Shown here one piece after another: positions 63,120 to 64,000 of a stretch of DNA of 64,000 nucleotides; the first letter of the stretch is position 1; every line of letters starts with the position of its first letter. The DNA is from Polaromonas sp. (lineage in GTDB: Bacteria > Pseudomonadota > Gammaproteobacteria > Burkholderiales > Burkholderiaceae_C). The translations under genes and the position numbers were made by a program. The stretch lies in assembly GCA_031414215.1 (NCBI GenBank), contig JANNVB010000049.1:14862-78861 (forward strand), given 5' to 3'. The notes beneath the pieces are model-generated. The model was not told where the DNA came from. It searched no databases and was given only the letters and a program-made list of their open reading frames with translations.

Positions 63120-63172
63120 AGATTGCAAACTTGACTTTTAAGAGGTGCTTTGTCACGCGGGATAATTGCGCC

Positions 63173-64000
63173 ATGAATCCTTTGCTCTCTAAACTGCAGC
63201 CCTACCCTTTCGAGCGGCTGCGCCTGCTGCACGCAGGTATCACGCCCAACCCCGCTTACAAACCCATCAGCCTGGGCATTGGCGAGCCGCGCCACGCAAC
63301 GCCGCAACTGATCAAAGATGCGCTAACCGGCTCTTTGCAAGGCTTGGCCAGCTACCCCGGCACGCTGGGTGAACCGAAATTGCGCCAAACGATCAGCGAC
63401 TGGCTCGAGCGCCGTTATGACTTGGCGGTTGATGCGGCTACGCAAATACTGCCTGTGAATGGCTCGCGTGAGGCGCTGTTTGCGCTGGCGCAGACGGTGA
63501 TTGACCCTTCACGCAAACCAATCGTCATCTCGCCGAACCCGTTTTATCAAATTTACGAAGGCGCGGCTTTGCTAGCGGGCGCCGATGTGTACTTTGCGCC
63601 CAGCGACCCTGCCCGCAACTTTGCGGTTGATTATTCAGCCGTACCTAGCGAGGTGTGGGCCAAAACCCAGTTGCTGTTTGTTTGCTCGCCCGGCAACCCA
63701 GCGGGGGCAGTGATGACGCTCGCCGAATGGAAAATGCTGTTTGACTTGAGCGACCGCTATGGTTTTGTGATTGCCTCAGACGAGTGCTACAGCGAGATTT
63801 ACTTCCGTGACGAGCCGCCTTTGGGTGGCCTGCAGGCCGCAGCGCTTCTGGGCCGGCATGACTTTAAAAACCTGATCGCCATGACCAGCCTGTCCAAACG
63901 CAGCAATGTGCCAGGCTTGCGCAGCGGTTTTGTGGCGGGGGACGCCGCACTCATCAAGCCCTTCCTGCTGTACCGCACTTATCACGGCAGCGCCATGAGC
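63173..64000 (+). CDS. dapC: succinyldiaminopimelate transaminase (beta-proteobacterial DapC type), 3' end beyond window
   Basis: Manual translation from ATG 63173 gives MNPLLSKLQPYPFERLRLLHAGITPNPAYKPISLGIGEPRH...SLSKRSNVPGLRSGFVAG (PLP lysine). Open to nt 64000. Not in the ORF track because no stop lies in the window. Confidence 0.8.
   Translation, partial: MNPLLSKLQPYPFERLRLLHAGITPNPAYKPISLGIGEPRHATPQLIKDALTGSLQGLASYPGTLGEPKLRQTISDWLERRYDLAVDAATQILPVNGSREALFALAQTVIDPSRKPIVISPNPFYQIYEGAALLAGADVYFAPSDPARNFAVDYSAVPSEVWAKTQLLFVCSPGNPAGAVMTLAEWKMLFDLSDRYGFVIASDECYSEIYFRDEPPLGGLQAAALLGRHDFKNLIAMTSLSKRSNVPGLRSGFVAGDAALIKPFLLYRTYHGSAMS

Overview
This is a 64-kb chromosomal segment from a high-GC (roughly 60%) betaproteobacterium. 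Gene content and protein sequences look Burkholderiales/Comamonadaceae-like, but that is inference because no database search was possible.

I call about 60 protein genes and one tRNA-Ser(GGA). Most are housekeeping:
- a yejABE-type ABC importer (one permease runs off the left edge)
- fabI
- a CpxP-like/OmpR/sensor-kinase module
- an Orn/Lys/Arg decarboxylase
- an NfeD-SPFH pair
- an Ntn-type (AHL/penicillin) acylase
- a LivJ-type binding protein
- holC-pepA divergent from lptF-lptG
- a cysB-like regulator
- hrpA, argA, tex and serA
- a quinol NO reductase
- a PAS hybrid kinase plus a receiver
- two Crp/Fnr regulators
- a LexA-boxed imuA-imuB-dnaE2 cassette
- a long icd
- dapC (runs off the right edge)

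The small accessory inserts are:
- a GIY-YIG/T5orf172-like gene
- a phd/doc pair whose Doc catalytic motif is mutated
- an orphan PD-(D/E)xK-like gene plus vapBC next to the tRNA

The most unusual signal is non-genic. A repeat family made of a hairpin plus a 26-nt core (TAGCTGCTTGCGCCCGTATTYATTGG) occurs at 15 loci.
- Two copies are ~200-bp MITE-like versions.
- Five copies sit in frame inside hrpA, tex, dnaE2 and imuB (twice).
- The three coding copies read in the stop-containing frame each carry a different point change that removes the element's stop codon.
- A second GGGTCAGACCCC-type palindromic element is also in frame inside hrpA.

The second notable signal is a shared palindrome, TGTGCG-N4-CGCACA. 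It lies in the promoters of both Crp/Fnr genes, of an uncharacterised two-gene operon, and in the norB/kinase divergent region.

No CRISPR array, integrase, transposase or prophage was seen. The ORF track uses ATG, GTG and TTG starts, so several starts were re-picked by eye.
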